The translations under genes and the position numbers were made by a program. Below, one piece after another: positions 53,961-63,178 of a stretch of 64,000 nt of DNA. The stretch comes from Candidatus Heimdallarchaeota archaeon (GTDB lineage Archaea; Asgardarchaeota; Heimdallarchaeia; Heimdallarchaeales; Heimdallarchaeaceae). The stretch's first letter is position 1, and each line of letters begins with the position of its first letter. The notes under the pieces are model-generated. The model searched no databases. It was not told where the DNA came from and saw only the letters and a program-made list of their open reading frames with translations. The stretch covers positions 24,316-88,315 of the forward strand of contig DXJF01000045.1 in the NCBI GenBank assembly GCA_019057375.1, given 5' to 3'.

Positions 53961-55151
53961 CTAAAATACCATTGATAGTATGAGATTCGCAGCTATTAAA
54001 CAAATAGAAATAATTCTTGCAACATTTAACAACTTTTTCCCTTTAGGTTTATCAGGATATTTGTTCATAAGATAAGCTTGCAAAATCTTATCCCCATCTG
54101 TCAAAAATAAGGGCAAAGTATTCAAAAATACAGCCATTATACCAATATTTAATGTATATAAAATTTGCATATTCCAGTAATAGGGGAACCAAATTGATTG
54201 TCTTCCAGATTTAGGAGGATGATAATTGTAAATGTTTATACCAAAGAAAATTCTATCTGTACTATTTTTATTGGAAGATGGATTGTCTGTTGTAGGGATA
54301 AGAGCTCTCGTAGGTTTATCGAGTAAGCTTATGAAAAACATGCCAATTCCTAAATTCTCTGCAAGAGCTTTATGGTAATCTTTTACATTATTTATCTGAT
54401 AATAGATGACCTGTTGTGTTGAGGAATTATAAGCTCCAATGGTTGTGATAACATCTCCTCGAACTATTCCAACCATATCAGCTGGGTAATCATCATATAC
54501 ATTGGTGATTAGTGCTCCGCTAGGATCAGCGTAACCTATAGATACTATTAGTGGTGATAAAAGGTATAATGCTACAAAAAAGACTGAAAAAACTGCATTA
54601 ATAGCAGACCCATTAAGAAAGACTCTGATCTTGCTTTTCAGATTAGCTTTCTCAACCTGTTCTCTAACTAGCTCAACAAACCCTCCGAAGAATACAAGCA
54701 CAATAAAAATTCCTGAAGATTTAATCTTAATTCCTTCTCTATGTGCCATCACTGCATGAGCTATTTCATGAGGAATAAGAACTAATAATATTGGTAAAAT
54801 GAACAACAAAGCCATTTTGAAATCTATTGTTACGCCAGGAATTATAAGCTGGAGACCTAAACCAGCAGGTGAATTGAATATAATTAAGAATGGGTTCACT
54901 ATAAAGAATCCAAGTAATCCTAGAGTAATAATTCCTGTTAATATCTTACCAATATCATAAAGGATTTTCCAAAATCTTTTTCCTTTCTCTCCCATCTTTT
55001 CCAATATTTTATTGAAAAACTCTGTTCTGAATATTATTCCAATAGGTAATATGTGTATGCCATATTTTTGTAAATTCAAGACTCTGGCTAAATAGGACAG
55101 GAACAAAAAACCCATTATAACAAAAAGAACAATTTGGAAAGTTGTAAGCAT
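53961..55151 (-). CDS. Site-2 protease family (M50) membrane metalloprotease with PDZ-like insert
   Basis: HEIAHAVMA (HExxH) within a TM helix, multiple TM helices, and a second motif region FLNTLPLFLTDGDKIL. Start set at MLTTFQ (55151). Confidence 0.8.
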   Translation of the reverse strand: MLTTFQIVLFVIMGFLFLSYLARVLNLQKYGIHILPIGIIFRTEFFNKILEKMGEKGKRFWKILYDIGKILTGIITLGLLGFFIVNPFLIIFNSPAGLGLQLIIPGVTIDFKMALLFILPILLVLIPHEIAHAVMAHREGIKIKSSGIFIVLVFFGGFVELVREQVEKANLKSKIRVFLNGSAINAVFSVFFVALYLLSPLIVSIGYADPSGALITNVYDDYPADMVGIVRGDVITTIGAYNSSTQQVIYYQINNVKDYHKALAENLGIGMFFISLLDKPTRALIPTTDNPSSNKNSTDRIFFGINIYNYHPPKSGRQSIWFPYYWNMQILYTLNIGIMAVFLNTLPLFLTDGDKILQAYLMNKYPDKPKGKKLLNVARIISICLIAANLILSMVF

Positions 55152-55268
55152 AATTGACCCTTTCGCTATGGTTGATTGTTTAGTTATAAAAAACTGTTCT
55201 TTCAGAATTAAATAGCAAACTTCTACCAAAACTGATACTTTTTATTATGCCGTTTTTCCTTTTTCAAG

Positions 55269-56360
55269 ATGAGAAAAATCTCTAAATGGCATGAAAATAA
55301 GATTGTAGGAAAACCAACCAAAGGATGCCAACTTTGTTCTTTAGGGGCAAAATTAGTCTTATATGTTACAGGAGTATGTCATTCAAATTGCTTTTACTGT
55401 CCTATAATGAAAGAAAGAAGACAGGATATAATTTTCGCAAATGAACAACAAATCACTTCAATTACTCAAGCAATAGCGGAAGCAGAGATTATGTCAGCTT
55501 TAGGAGCTGGAATCACAGGGGGTGATCCTGCTATAACTCTTGAAAGGGTAAATGAATACATAAGTGAATTCAAAAAGCATTTTGGAACAGATTTCCATTG
55601 TCATCTTTATACTTCCCATTCTCTTAGTTCTAGTCAAATGAAAATTCTTTTCAGTTCAGGGTTGGATGAAATAAGATTTCACCCACCACGTTTGATTCTT
55701 TCTGAGAAGATAAAAGAATCATTAAAAATTGCTAAATCTTTTGATTGGGGAGTGGGAATAGAAATTCCTGTAATTCCTGATCAGAGACAAAAAATTATTG
55801 AAATAATAAATTTCGCAATTGATATTAATCTAGATTTTGTTAACCTAAATGAGTTAGAGATAACAGATGCCAATGTTGAAATTCTTACTAAAATGAATTA
55901 TATTGCAAAAGATAGTGTAAGCGCTGCAGTAAAAGGCAGTAAAGAATTAGCAATGGATATTTTACAAAAATTCAAAAAATCCCCAACTTCTATTCATTAT
56001 TGTTCTTCAAGATATAAGGATAAAACACAGCTTAAAAACAGACTAGTACGAAGAGCTAACAACTATTCTAAATATTTTGATGATATTACAGAAGACGGGC
56101 TTATAGTTCGAGCTAAAATCGTAGTTGATAATATCAATTCTATCAATTTGATTATAAAATCACTTAATTCAGAATATGGTTTCGGAGAAGAAGATTATGA
56201 TATAGACGAAAAAACCAATACTATATTTCTGAACTGGCTGGATACAAAACGGATAAGTGACGAGCTAAAGACAAAGTTTGCTGAAGTCATTTCGAGTATT
56301 GAAATTATTCACCAATATCCTTATCCAGAAGGTATTATTACTTACTTAGAACCATTGTGA
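55269..56360 (+). CDS. Radical SAM protein (PflA-related archaeal family, 363 aa)
   Basis: CHSNCFYCP (CxxxCxxC) near the N-terminus and GGDP glycine-rich SAM motif. Confidence 0.75.
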   Translation: MRKISKWHENKIVGKPTKGCQLCSLGAKLVLYVTGVCHSNCFYCPIMKERRQDIIFANEQQITSITQAIAEAEIMSALGAGITGGDPAITLERVNEYISEFKKHFGTDFHCHLYTSHSLSSSQMKILFSSGLDEIRFHPPRLILSEKIKESLKIAKSFDWGVGIEIPVIPDQRQKIIEIINFAIDINLDFVNLNELEITDANVEILTKMNYIAKDSVSAAVKGSKELAMDILQKFKKSPTSIHYCSSRYKDKTQLKNRLVRRANNYSKYFDDITEDGLIVRAKIVVDNINSINLIIKSLNSEYGFGEEDYDIDEKTNTIFLNWLDTKRISDELKTKFAEVISSIEIIHQYPYPEGIITYLEPL

Positions 56361-56365
56361 TATAA

Positions 56366-57454
56366 TCAATCTCGTAGCTGGTATCTGAGAAGAGCTGCTA
56401 ACCCACCTAATTTAGAAAGCTGTTCTCCGGATTCATGATTAATTGACATAATAACAGTTTTTCCTCGCTTCTGTGAATTGGTATCAACCATTTCATCAAT
56501 AACTCTTCTTTTTTCAAGATCCTCTATGCTGATTTGATCATCACTAATAAGTAAAGTTTCAATTGCCCCCATATCTAAAGCTCTCTTCACATTATCTAGT
56601 CCATAAGTTACAGTTCCTGTATCCTGGCCTAATCTTTTCAGTACTTCGTCAATTAATCTGGTTTCATAAGCAACTCGTTGTTCGTTAGCAATTTTTTCTG
56701 GGAGTTTTGTGGAAAGTACTTCCTTTAAGCCAACTCTACCTCCTGTACTTACATGGACTCGGGTAACTTTCTCGAACAGAATTTGATCTCTAGTTTTAAT
56801 AAATTCATAGAAGTTTTCAGGAGTAAATCCTGGACCTGCCAGAATTATGACTTGTGATTCATATTGTTTGACTGTATCTTGTATTAATTGAAGAACATCA
56901 GCAAAGAACTGACCCATTTCACTAGAATGTTGTTTAACATCACTAAATTTCCTTGAGACTGGAGAACTAAATTCAGAAATAATTTTAGTTGAAAATTGTG
57001 TAACTAGAGCAATACAGACGCTACTATCTTCGATTGTCACAATTATAAGTTTAGCTAACATTGATGCCCTTTCTATATCCTCTATAACTTTTTTCTCCAT
57101 AGGGGTCCAATCTGCCTTTACAATGCGAACTTTTTCCATCAAAGATAATGAAATAGTATGATAACTTCCTAGAGATATTAGATCATCAGGACCATCAATT
57201 ACTGTCCCCTTGAATCTTAAATTATCTCCAAAACCATGAAATGCAAGTTCTTCTACTTCTACTTCAAGTGTCATTTTGACTCTTTCACCAGTATCAGCTC
57301 TTACCCCATCATCCTTTCTTCTCAATCTTCTAGATGTGGAAGCTCTGACCTTATCACCTTGCTTTAAGATTCTATAGATACCATATAAGTCATCAATGTT
57401 TTCAGGGATAAGTTCAATTATTCCATGCTTATAGTCTTTTTTTAGTATCTTCAT
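56366..57454 (-). CDS. pelA: Pelota (mRNA surveillance / ribosome rescue factor, 362 aa)
   Basis: N-terminal MKILKKDYKHGIIELIPENIDDLYGIYRIL and an eRF1-like domain 2/3 organisation. Confidence 0.9.
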   Translation of the reverse strand: MKILKKDYKHGIIELIPENIDDLYGIYRILKQGDKVRASTSRRLRRKDDGVRADTGERVKMTLEVEVEELAFHGFGDNLRFKGTVIDGPDDLISLGSYHTISLSLMEKVRIVKADWTPMEKKVIEDIERASMLAKLIIVTIEDSSVCIALVTQFSTKIISEFSSPVSRKFSDVKQHSSEMGQFFADVLQLIQDTVKQYESQVIILAGPGFTPENFYEFIKTRDQILFEKVTRVHVSTGGRVGLKEVLSTKLPEKIANEQRVAYETRLIDEVLKRLGQDTGTVTYGLDNVKRALDMGAIETLLISDDQISIEDLEKRRVIDEMVDTNSQKRGKTVIMSINHESGEQLSKLGGLAALLRYQLRD

Positions 57455-57503
57455 TTCATTATCAACTTCAAATTGTTTCTAAACCCACTATTTCATATTT
57501 TCT

Positions 57504-57941
57504 CTATTTTTGATCTTTATACTCTTCTTCACATATAAGAGAGTAGAAATCTATTCCTTTTGATTTAAGATTTTCAACAGTTATTCGATAGCTACCACCC
57601 TTGCTTTGAGTTAAAGATTCTGGTACAGATAGAAAGATGAAATCCATTCGCTTACCAACGAATTTGACAGCAACATATGGTTCAGCTCCTAGTCTGTCTG
57701 AAAACTCTACTAAACCTTGAATTTGTTCCTCTTGGATATAAAAAACTTCTTGACGACTTGTTTTGATTTCAATAGCCAATAACATTCCCTTTTCAGCAGA
57801 ACCTGCGAAAACGTCAGGTCTAGGCATTTTACTTGTTCCTGATGAAGAAGGGGCCCTCATAACTGCAAACCCATATTTCCAGAATCTATTCACCAATACT
57901 CTTTCATAATCCGCAGCTCTTTTTTTACTCAAATTCTTCAT
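57504..57941 (-). CDS. hjc: Holliday junction resolvase Hjc (145 aa)
   Basis: YERVLVNRFWKYGFAVMRAPSSSG ... PDVFAG ... AIEIKTS matches the archaeal Hjc nuclease core (E...PD...E.K). Confidence 0.8.
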   Translation of the reverse strand: MKNLSKKRAADYERVLVNRFWKYGFAVMRAPSSSGTSKMPRPDVFAGSAEKGMLLAIEIKTSRQEVFYIQEEQIQGLVEFSDRLGAEPYVAVKFVGKRMDFIFLSVPESLTQSKGGSYRITVENLKSKGIDFYSLICEEEYKDQK

Positions 57942-58110
57942 CTCAATATATCTATGAATATGAATACTACAACATGCCCATTTTAAAACTTGTTTCTGAA
58001 AAGGTTATTCAGAAAAGTAAAAAAACTAATTAAATCAATTCAATAAAAACATAGAATTTCCCTAAGTTTAATCTTGATTTGTTGTACAACAGAAAAAATC
58101 TGTGATAAAA

Positions 58111-58566
58111 ATGAATGAAAATTCTTCCCACATAAGACACATGAGAGAGGATGATATCTTAAAGGTATACGAAATAGAAAGAAAGAGTTTTCCATATCCA
58201 TTTGGTGAGGTTCTAATTCATAATATTTATTTTGGTGCTCCAGAATTGTGTTTTGTAATTGAATGTGATCAGGAAATAGTAGGGTTTTTGCTGGGAGGAT
58301 ACATTCCCGTTGAAAAACAAACGCACATATTTTCGATAGCTATTCTAGAAAATTATCGCGGAATGGGTTTTGGGAAGAAAATTCTATTACATTTTCTTGA
58401 GCGATCCTCTCTATTAGGGCATACTAACACAAAACTAGAGGTTAGTGTTGATAATGCTGGTGCCATTAAGTTATATGAAGAACTAGGATTTGAGATTGTA
58501 TCACGAATTAGAAAATACTATCAAGATCATTCTGATGCATTTCTAATGATTAGAAAAACTGAATGA
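58111..58566 (+). CDS. rimI: Ribosomal-protein-alanine / N-alpha acetyltransferase (RimI/Ard1-type GNAT)
   Basis: ILENYRGMGFGKKILLHFLE acetyl-CoA motif and C-terminal YEELGFEIVSRIRKYY. Confidence 0.75.
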   Translation: MNENSSHIRHMREDDILKVYEIERKSFPYPFGEVLIHNIYFGAPELCFVIECDQEIVGFLLGGYIPVEKQTHIFSIAILENYRGMGFGKKILLHFLERSSLLGHTNTKLEVSVDNAGAIKLYEELGFEIVSRIRKYYQDHSDAFLMIRKTE

Positions 58567-58602
58567 ACTTCTTCAGAATCCTCAGATGTTTTCGAAGCTC
58601 GC

Positions 58603-59841
58603 TTACCTAATTATTTCCTTTAAAACTTCTGTTGCATATGAACCCTTTCTTAATTCAAAACTTAAGATTGCCTTAGTTTTTCCTGTATTCATCTCATCTT
58701 CTGAAATTTCATCGATTTTCAGGTTGTATACTTTCATTCCTAGTGCTCGATATGACCCCCTTCCACCTAATTTCATTACTAAGGGTTTATTGAAGTCTTG
58801 TATAGAAACTTCTTCATGTTTAAGAATTTTAGAATGAATCTCCTCTGTTTGTCCCGATAATTCAGTTTTACTGCCAATTAGAGGAGCTGATACAGTATTA
58901 TTAACAACTTTTTCTCCATCTATAGGCTCACTGAGATTTTTTGAGTATTCTTCATATCTGATTTTCAGATACTTATTGAAAATATAAGATTGATAAGCAT
59001 GAATGAACAGTTTTTGGAATTGCAGTGGTAGAGAAAAAAAGGCTTGTTTATGGTTTTTATGATTTTGAAGTTCTCTTAGCATTTTCCTTTCAATATGCAT
59101 CTGTTCTGGGATAATCCTAAGAACTTCTTGAGGATTATCTGTTTCCCAATACAATCTTCTTGCTTCAAGTGCTTCTTGAGATTCACTCTCAAAGCATTTT
59201 CCAATATAAATTCTCAGTGCCTCCTTAATATCCCCTAATATTAGCTTTTCACCAACTAAATGGGTTATTGGTCTGATTGTTCCAAATCTTTGTTGTCCAA
59301 AACTATTCAGTAGATGCCCTAAGTCACTAATTTCACTAATTTTATCTTCTAGTTTAATTTTAGTTTGTGTCAAATCCGTAAGAATATCTCTAATGGAGAT
59401 GTGAAATGCATTTCCCCATAAATCTCCGAGTCTAATCTCATTAATCCTAAAACACGGTGATTTTGTTTTGATTTTGGGAAGGTTGATTTCTTTCAGTTTT
59501 CCTTCCTCATATTTTTTCTTCACCCCCCATAGAGAAACTCTTTGTGCAGTAAATGCTCGTTTATCTTTTGTTCCTGCGATACTCAAATCATTGCGCTGGA
59601 CTTTCCATAAATTAGCTATCCAATCTAAAGCTGCAGAAGTATCAATATTGTCTTTTATAAGAACAAAATGGAGGAATAATCCTTTTTTTCCAGGAAGTTT
59701 ATAAGTTCCAATTCTAGGATCTAGTGTGTTAGTTTCATCAATTTTTTCGCTTACAATGAAATCTTCAGACCGTTGTTTAATCTTGCCGTTTATTCCTTCC
59801 TTCCTTGTTATTGTTGGAACAAGTAAGTAATCAGAGTTCAA
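58603..59841 (-). CDS. truD: tRNA pseudouridine(13) synthase TruD/Pus7 family (412 aa)
   Basis: Catalytic motif AGTKDKRAFTAQRVS and the family-typical FGQQRFG. Confidence 0.9.
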   Translation of the reverse strand: MNSDYLLVPTITRKEGINGKIKQRSEDFIVSEKIDETNTLDPRIGTYKLPGKKGLFLHFVLIKDNIDTSAALDWIANLWKVQRNDLSIAGTKDKRAFTAQRVSLWGVKKKYEEGKLKEINLPKIKTKSPCFRINEIRLGDLWGNAFHISIRDILTDLTQTKIKLEDKISEISDLGHLLNSFGQQRFGTIRPITHLVGEKLILGDIKEALRIYIGKCFESESQEALEARRLYWETDNPQEVLRIIPEQMHIERKMLRELQNHKNHKQAFFSLPLQFQKLFIHAYQSYIFNKYLKIRYEEYSKNLSEPIDGEKVVNNTVSAPLIGSKTELSGQTEEIHSKILKHEEVSIQDFNKPLVMKLGGRGSYRALGMKVYNLKIDEISEDEMNTGKTKAILSFELRKGSYATEVLKEIIR

Positions 59842-59864
59842 GATTCTGCACTCCTTGTTTCAGC

Positions 59865-60224
59865 CTAAAGTAATGATAAATCAGCTGATATTTTATCAAT
59901 AAGCTCTTGTCTTGAAGGACCAATACTAATTACTGTTGTTGTACCTGGTGGTAATTGTGTGAGCCCAGCATCATTGATTATTGCATATGGCAAATCTGAT
60001 TCTCTCGCTAGTTCTGCTAATTTGTGTATGTCTTCTTGAGAACTTACTTTAACAGTGATTTTCTTTTGTCCTTCTCTTAACCAATTATCCGCCCAATCAG
60101 GATAATATTTTTTAGTTTTTACGTAAGCAGATACTGACCCGTGGGCTACTTGAACAGCTGTTTTTCCTTTAGACATTTTCAAATCAGTTCGAACAGCTAT
60201 AACTTGCTTGTACTTAAAACTCAT
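59865..60224 (-). CDS. pth2: Peptidyl-tRNA hydrolase, archaeal type (Pth2, 119 aa)
   Basis: KQVIAVRTDLKMSKGKTAVQVAHGSV ... INDAGLTQLPPGTTTVISIGP. Confidence 0.9.
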   Translation of the reverse strand: MSFKYKQVIAVRTDLKMSKGKTAVQVAHGSVSAYVKTKKYYPDWADNWLREGQKKITVKVSSQEDIHKLAELARESDLPYAIINDAGLTQLPPGTTTVISIGPSRQELIDKISADLSLL

Positions 60225-60355
60225 GCGAATGACGTATATAATTTAAGTATAAAATATTAACGATTTATATTTCAAAAACAAATTTTTTTTGTTTAAGTGG
60301 GAAAAATCCTAATTTCATTTAATACTCTCATTTTGCTCTTTTTTTCTGCTGCATA

Positions 60356-60859
60356 TTATACAAATTCAATGTAAGCTTCTGTGCCCAAAACAGAAGTGAC
60401 TGTTTGAACAATGATTTCTTCAGGTATGGGAAGTTTATCCTTAAACTGCTTTTTTATTTCAATTTTGTATTCTTTATCACTGAAAGGTGGAATATATAAA
60501 GTTGACACATTGATTATTGGAATTGGATCTAATAAACTTTCTATTAATTTTTTAGGATCATTTGTTTTTTCAAGAAAGCGAATTTCTTTGTGTGTGTTTT
60601 GCTTTATTTTGTCAAATATATCAGGAGAGGATAAAATAGCAATATCTTGTTTTCTTGTTATTATTATGACAACTTCTGAGAGTTCATATGATGAGTAGAA
60701 AGAGATATTTTTCAGATTTTTGTTTGATTTGGATGCATCAATTATAATCTTTGAAATTTCAATGTCAATATCCGAAATTTTTCCGTCTCTGTAAAGTTGT
60801 TTACATTTTCTACATAATGTATTAGTCTGTGCATCGATAAGACAAATAGGTAGTTTCAC
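60356..60859 (-). CDS. Zinc-ribbon-containing protein, possible RNA-binding function (167 aa)
   Basis: N-terminal C..(9)..CRKC ribbon followed by an alpha/beta domain. Sits in a translation/RNA-modification neighbourhood. Family not recognised with confidence. Confidence 0.4.
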   Translation of the reverse strand: MKLPICLIDAQTNTLCRKCKQLYRDGKISDIDIEISKIIIDASKSNKNLKNISFYSSYELSEVVIIITRKQDIAILSSPDIFDKIKQNTHKEIRFLEKTNDPKKLIESLLDPIPIINVSTLYIPPFSDKEYKIEIKKQFKDKLPIPEEIIVQTVTSVLGTEAYIEFV

Positions 60860-60980
60860 TTAGAGAACACCAATTATTGATTTTATTATAGTCACATATC
60901 ATTGTTTTAAGACTTGTGAATAATGCGTATTGCCGAGTGAGTTACTAGATTTTAAATAAGAATAAAATCTGAGTATAAAA

Positions 60981-61880
60981 TTAGATTAATCCTCTCTCCA
61001 TGAGAACTTTAAACTCATCCAAAGTTAATGAGGAACCATCTTTATATTTAACTAATATTTCTTCAGCTTTGGTATCAAGTCTTTGTTCTCTGACTCTCTT
61101 AGCATCTGATTTTCTAGCTTTTCTTGCAGCTTGAATTTCGGCTCCAAGTTCATTTGATAGTTTCTTAACCTCACCTGTTAGGCCATCAAGTTCTTTTCTT
61201 ATTCCACTGATAGAAGAACTTAAAGCAATAACTTCAGCATGAGATCCATCAGCTTCTACTTTGACTTTCCTAGCCTTTTTTGTAGCATCAATCAGTTTTT
61301 CTTGATGAATTTGTGATTCTTGAGCTAAGGTTGTAACACTAGTATGATAAGTTTTGATTTCAGTTTGCATGTGTCTTAACTTGTTCTTAATGTCTCGAAA
61401 CTCACTTCTTAAATCTTTAAATTGTTCTAGTTTTTCAAACTCTGAACTCAGCTCTTCAAGTTGAGTAAGTGTTTGTTTTTCCATCTCTTTGGTTAAAAAT
61501 GGTGTTGTTTCAAGTTGTCTTTCAAGTTTGCGAATTCTATCGCCCACACGTCGGTTTTTAGGAACACTTATATTTTTCATTTGGGAACCTAATTCTACAA
61601 TTCTTTTCCCGATTTTATCAGCATCTTCACGTAAAATATCTCGCATCTGCTTACGAACTTGGACCTCTTCATTGATCTGATCTCTCTTCTCTTTTGCTGT
61701 GCGAGCTTCATTAAAGAGTTCTCTAGCTAATTTGTTATTTTTGTCTCTCTGACTGCGCAATTCATTTCGTCTATTGTTCAGCTCATGAAGTTTGTCAATT
61801 AGCTCTTTTCGTCTTAGTCTAAGAGAAGTAAGATTTGTTCTCTTTTCATCAAGGCTAATTTCTTCGTTTTCAGTGCTCAT
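60981..61880 (-). CDS. Long coiled-coil protein (299 aa; resembles conserved archaeal coiled-coil family)
   Basis: Heptad-rich, K/E/R/L-dominated sequence throughout. Confidence 0.5.
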   Translation of the reverse strand: MSTENEEISLDEKRTNLTSLRLRRKELIDKLHELNNRRNELRSQRDKNNKLARELFNEARTAKEKRDQINEEVQVRKQMRDILREDADKIGKRIVELGSQMKNISVPKNRRVGDRIRKLERQLETTPFLTKEMEKQTLTQLEELSSEFEKLEQFKDLRSEFRDIKNKLRHMQTEIKTYHTSVTTLAQESQIHQEKLIDATKKARKVKVEADGSHAEVIALSSSISGIRKELDGLTGEVKKLSNELGAEIQAARKARKSDAKRVREQRLDTKAEEILVKYKDGSSLTLDEFKVLMERGLI

Positions 61881-62016
61881 TAGTATATCACATTAAATGA
61901 ATCAAAGTATTTCCGACTTTTGTACTTGATTTATCTACAAAGATTATAAATTGCATTTAAATCTTATGACAACACAGTCTGAAGATTTATTTCAGAATTG
62001 AGTGCCTGAATTGTAT

Positions 62017-62175
62017 CTATTTCTTATTGGATCTTTTCATTCTGAGCTCTTTCGATCTGCATTTGCGGCATTTTGTAGCGGTTACTGGATTAGTTGCATA
62101 ACACTTTCGACAAACTTTCTTTTCCATAATATGTGATCGTGCGATAGCTCTGTATTCCGGATTTGTAACTGGCAT
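62017..62175 (-). CDS. rpl40e: 50S ribosomal protein L40e (eL40), 52 aa; absent from the ORF track (below its size cut-off)
   Basis: Manual translation of the minus strand: MPVTNPEYRAIARSHIMEKKVCRKCYATNPVTATKCRKCRSKELRMKRSNKK. The CRKCY...CRKC zinc ribbon is typical of eL40. Confidence 0.85.
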   Translation of the reverse strand: MPVTNPEYRAIARSHIMEKKVCRKCYATNPVTATKCRKCRSKELRMKRSNKK

Positions 62176-62277
62176 TAAAGCTCACCTCAATTATTCTGTT
62201 CTTTGCTCCTAACATTCGAATAAAAGCATTTCTATTAATCGCAAAAGTTATTTATGCTTCTAGTTTAAGGATTATTG

Positions 62278-62724
62278 CTAAACGAATCTATATTTCATTT
62301 TTTCCTTTGTTTGACTCAGAAGTGATTCTAATTCATCCCATTCATTTTCATCTTTTTTCAACAAAATTTCTTCTATTTCTTTCTTGTAGTCCTCAAGATT
62401 TTTAATATCAGCAATATATCCATTAATAGCAGTTTTATTGGTTTCAATTTCATGAGGTATGTCATCAAATGAAATACTATTATCAAGAAGAGAAATGTCC
62501 CCTTCTTCTTTGACTGCTACTAATTTAGTAATTTCTTCATCAAACTTCTGTATTCGAGAATTCATTGATAAAATTCTTTGATTAATCATAACAATGGTAT
62601 CTTTAGATCTAGAAATCAGGGGATTTTTTTCCTTCCTCTTACTCTTTAATAAAATAATTACAATAACTATTATGAGTAAGCCCCCAAATCCTACTCCTAA
62701 TCCAATATATAATCCTAAGCTCAT
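62278..62724 (-). CDS. N-terminally membrane-anchored coiled-coil protein (148 aa)
   Basis: N-terminal TM helix LGLYIGLGVGFGGLLIIVIVIILL followed by a helical K/E-rich region. Confidence 0.45.
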   Translation of the reverse strand: MSLGLYIGLGVGFGGLLIIVIVIILLKSKRKEKNPLISRSKDTIVMINQRILSMNSRIQKFDEEITKLVAVKEEGDISLLDNSISFDDIPHEIETNKTAINGYIADIKNLEDYKKEIEEILLKKDENEWDELESLLSQTKEKMKYRFV

Positions 62725-63178
62725 TTTTCTACATTATATGACTCCATTTGAACTTATTTAAACTTAAGCAAAAATATCCTCATAACCTTGTTTATAATTA
62801 AACTCTTGAAAGTTTTATGTAGGAGGTTTGTGTTATATGGGAACTTTTTTAATTCTAACACTCTTATGTTGACTTGAACTGAAGAACAAATAGTTCAACA
62901 CTTAGAAATTACAGGTAAGAAATACACCTGCAATAATAATGTGAGTTCAAGTTTGCAAGAAAACTTGGATGGATTTAAACTCACACATCCTATCACGATC
63001 ATATATTAAATGACTTCCAAGTCATATCATTATCACATAAAAGTGTATTACATATGTCAGAAAAAACTCTCAATGAGTTTGAGATATAACGATAGTAGGG
63101 TAAGGGACAGTAAGAATCCATCTTTTTCTTGTAATCTTATGCAACTATGCAACAAAGTAAAATAATAGGTGAAACTAA

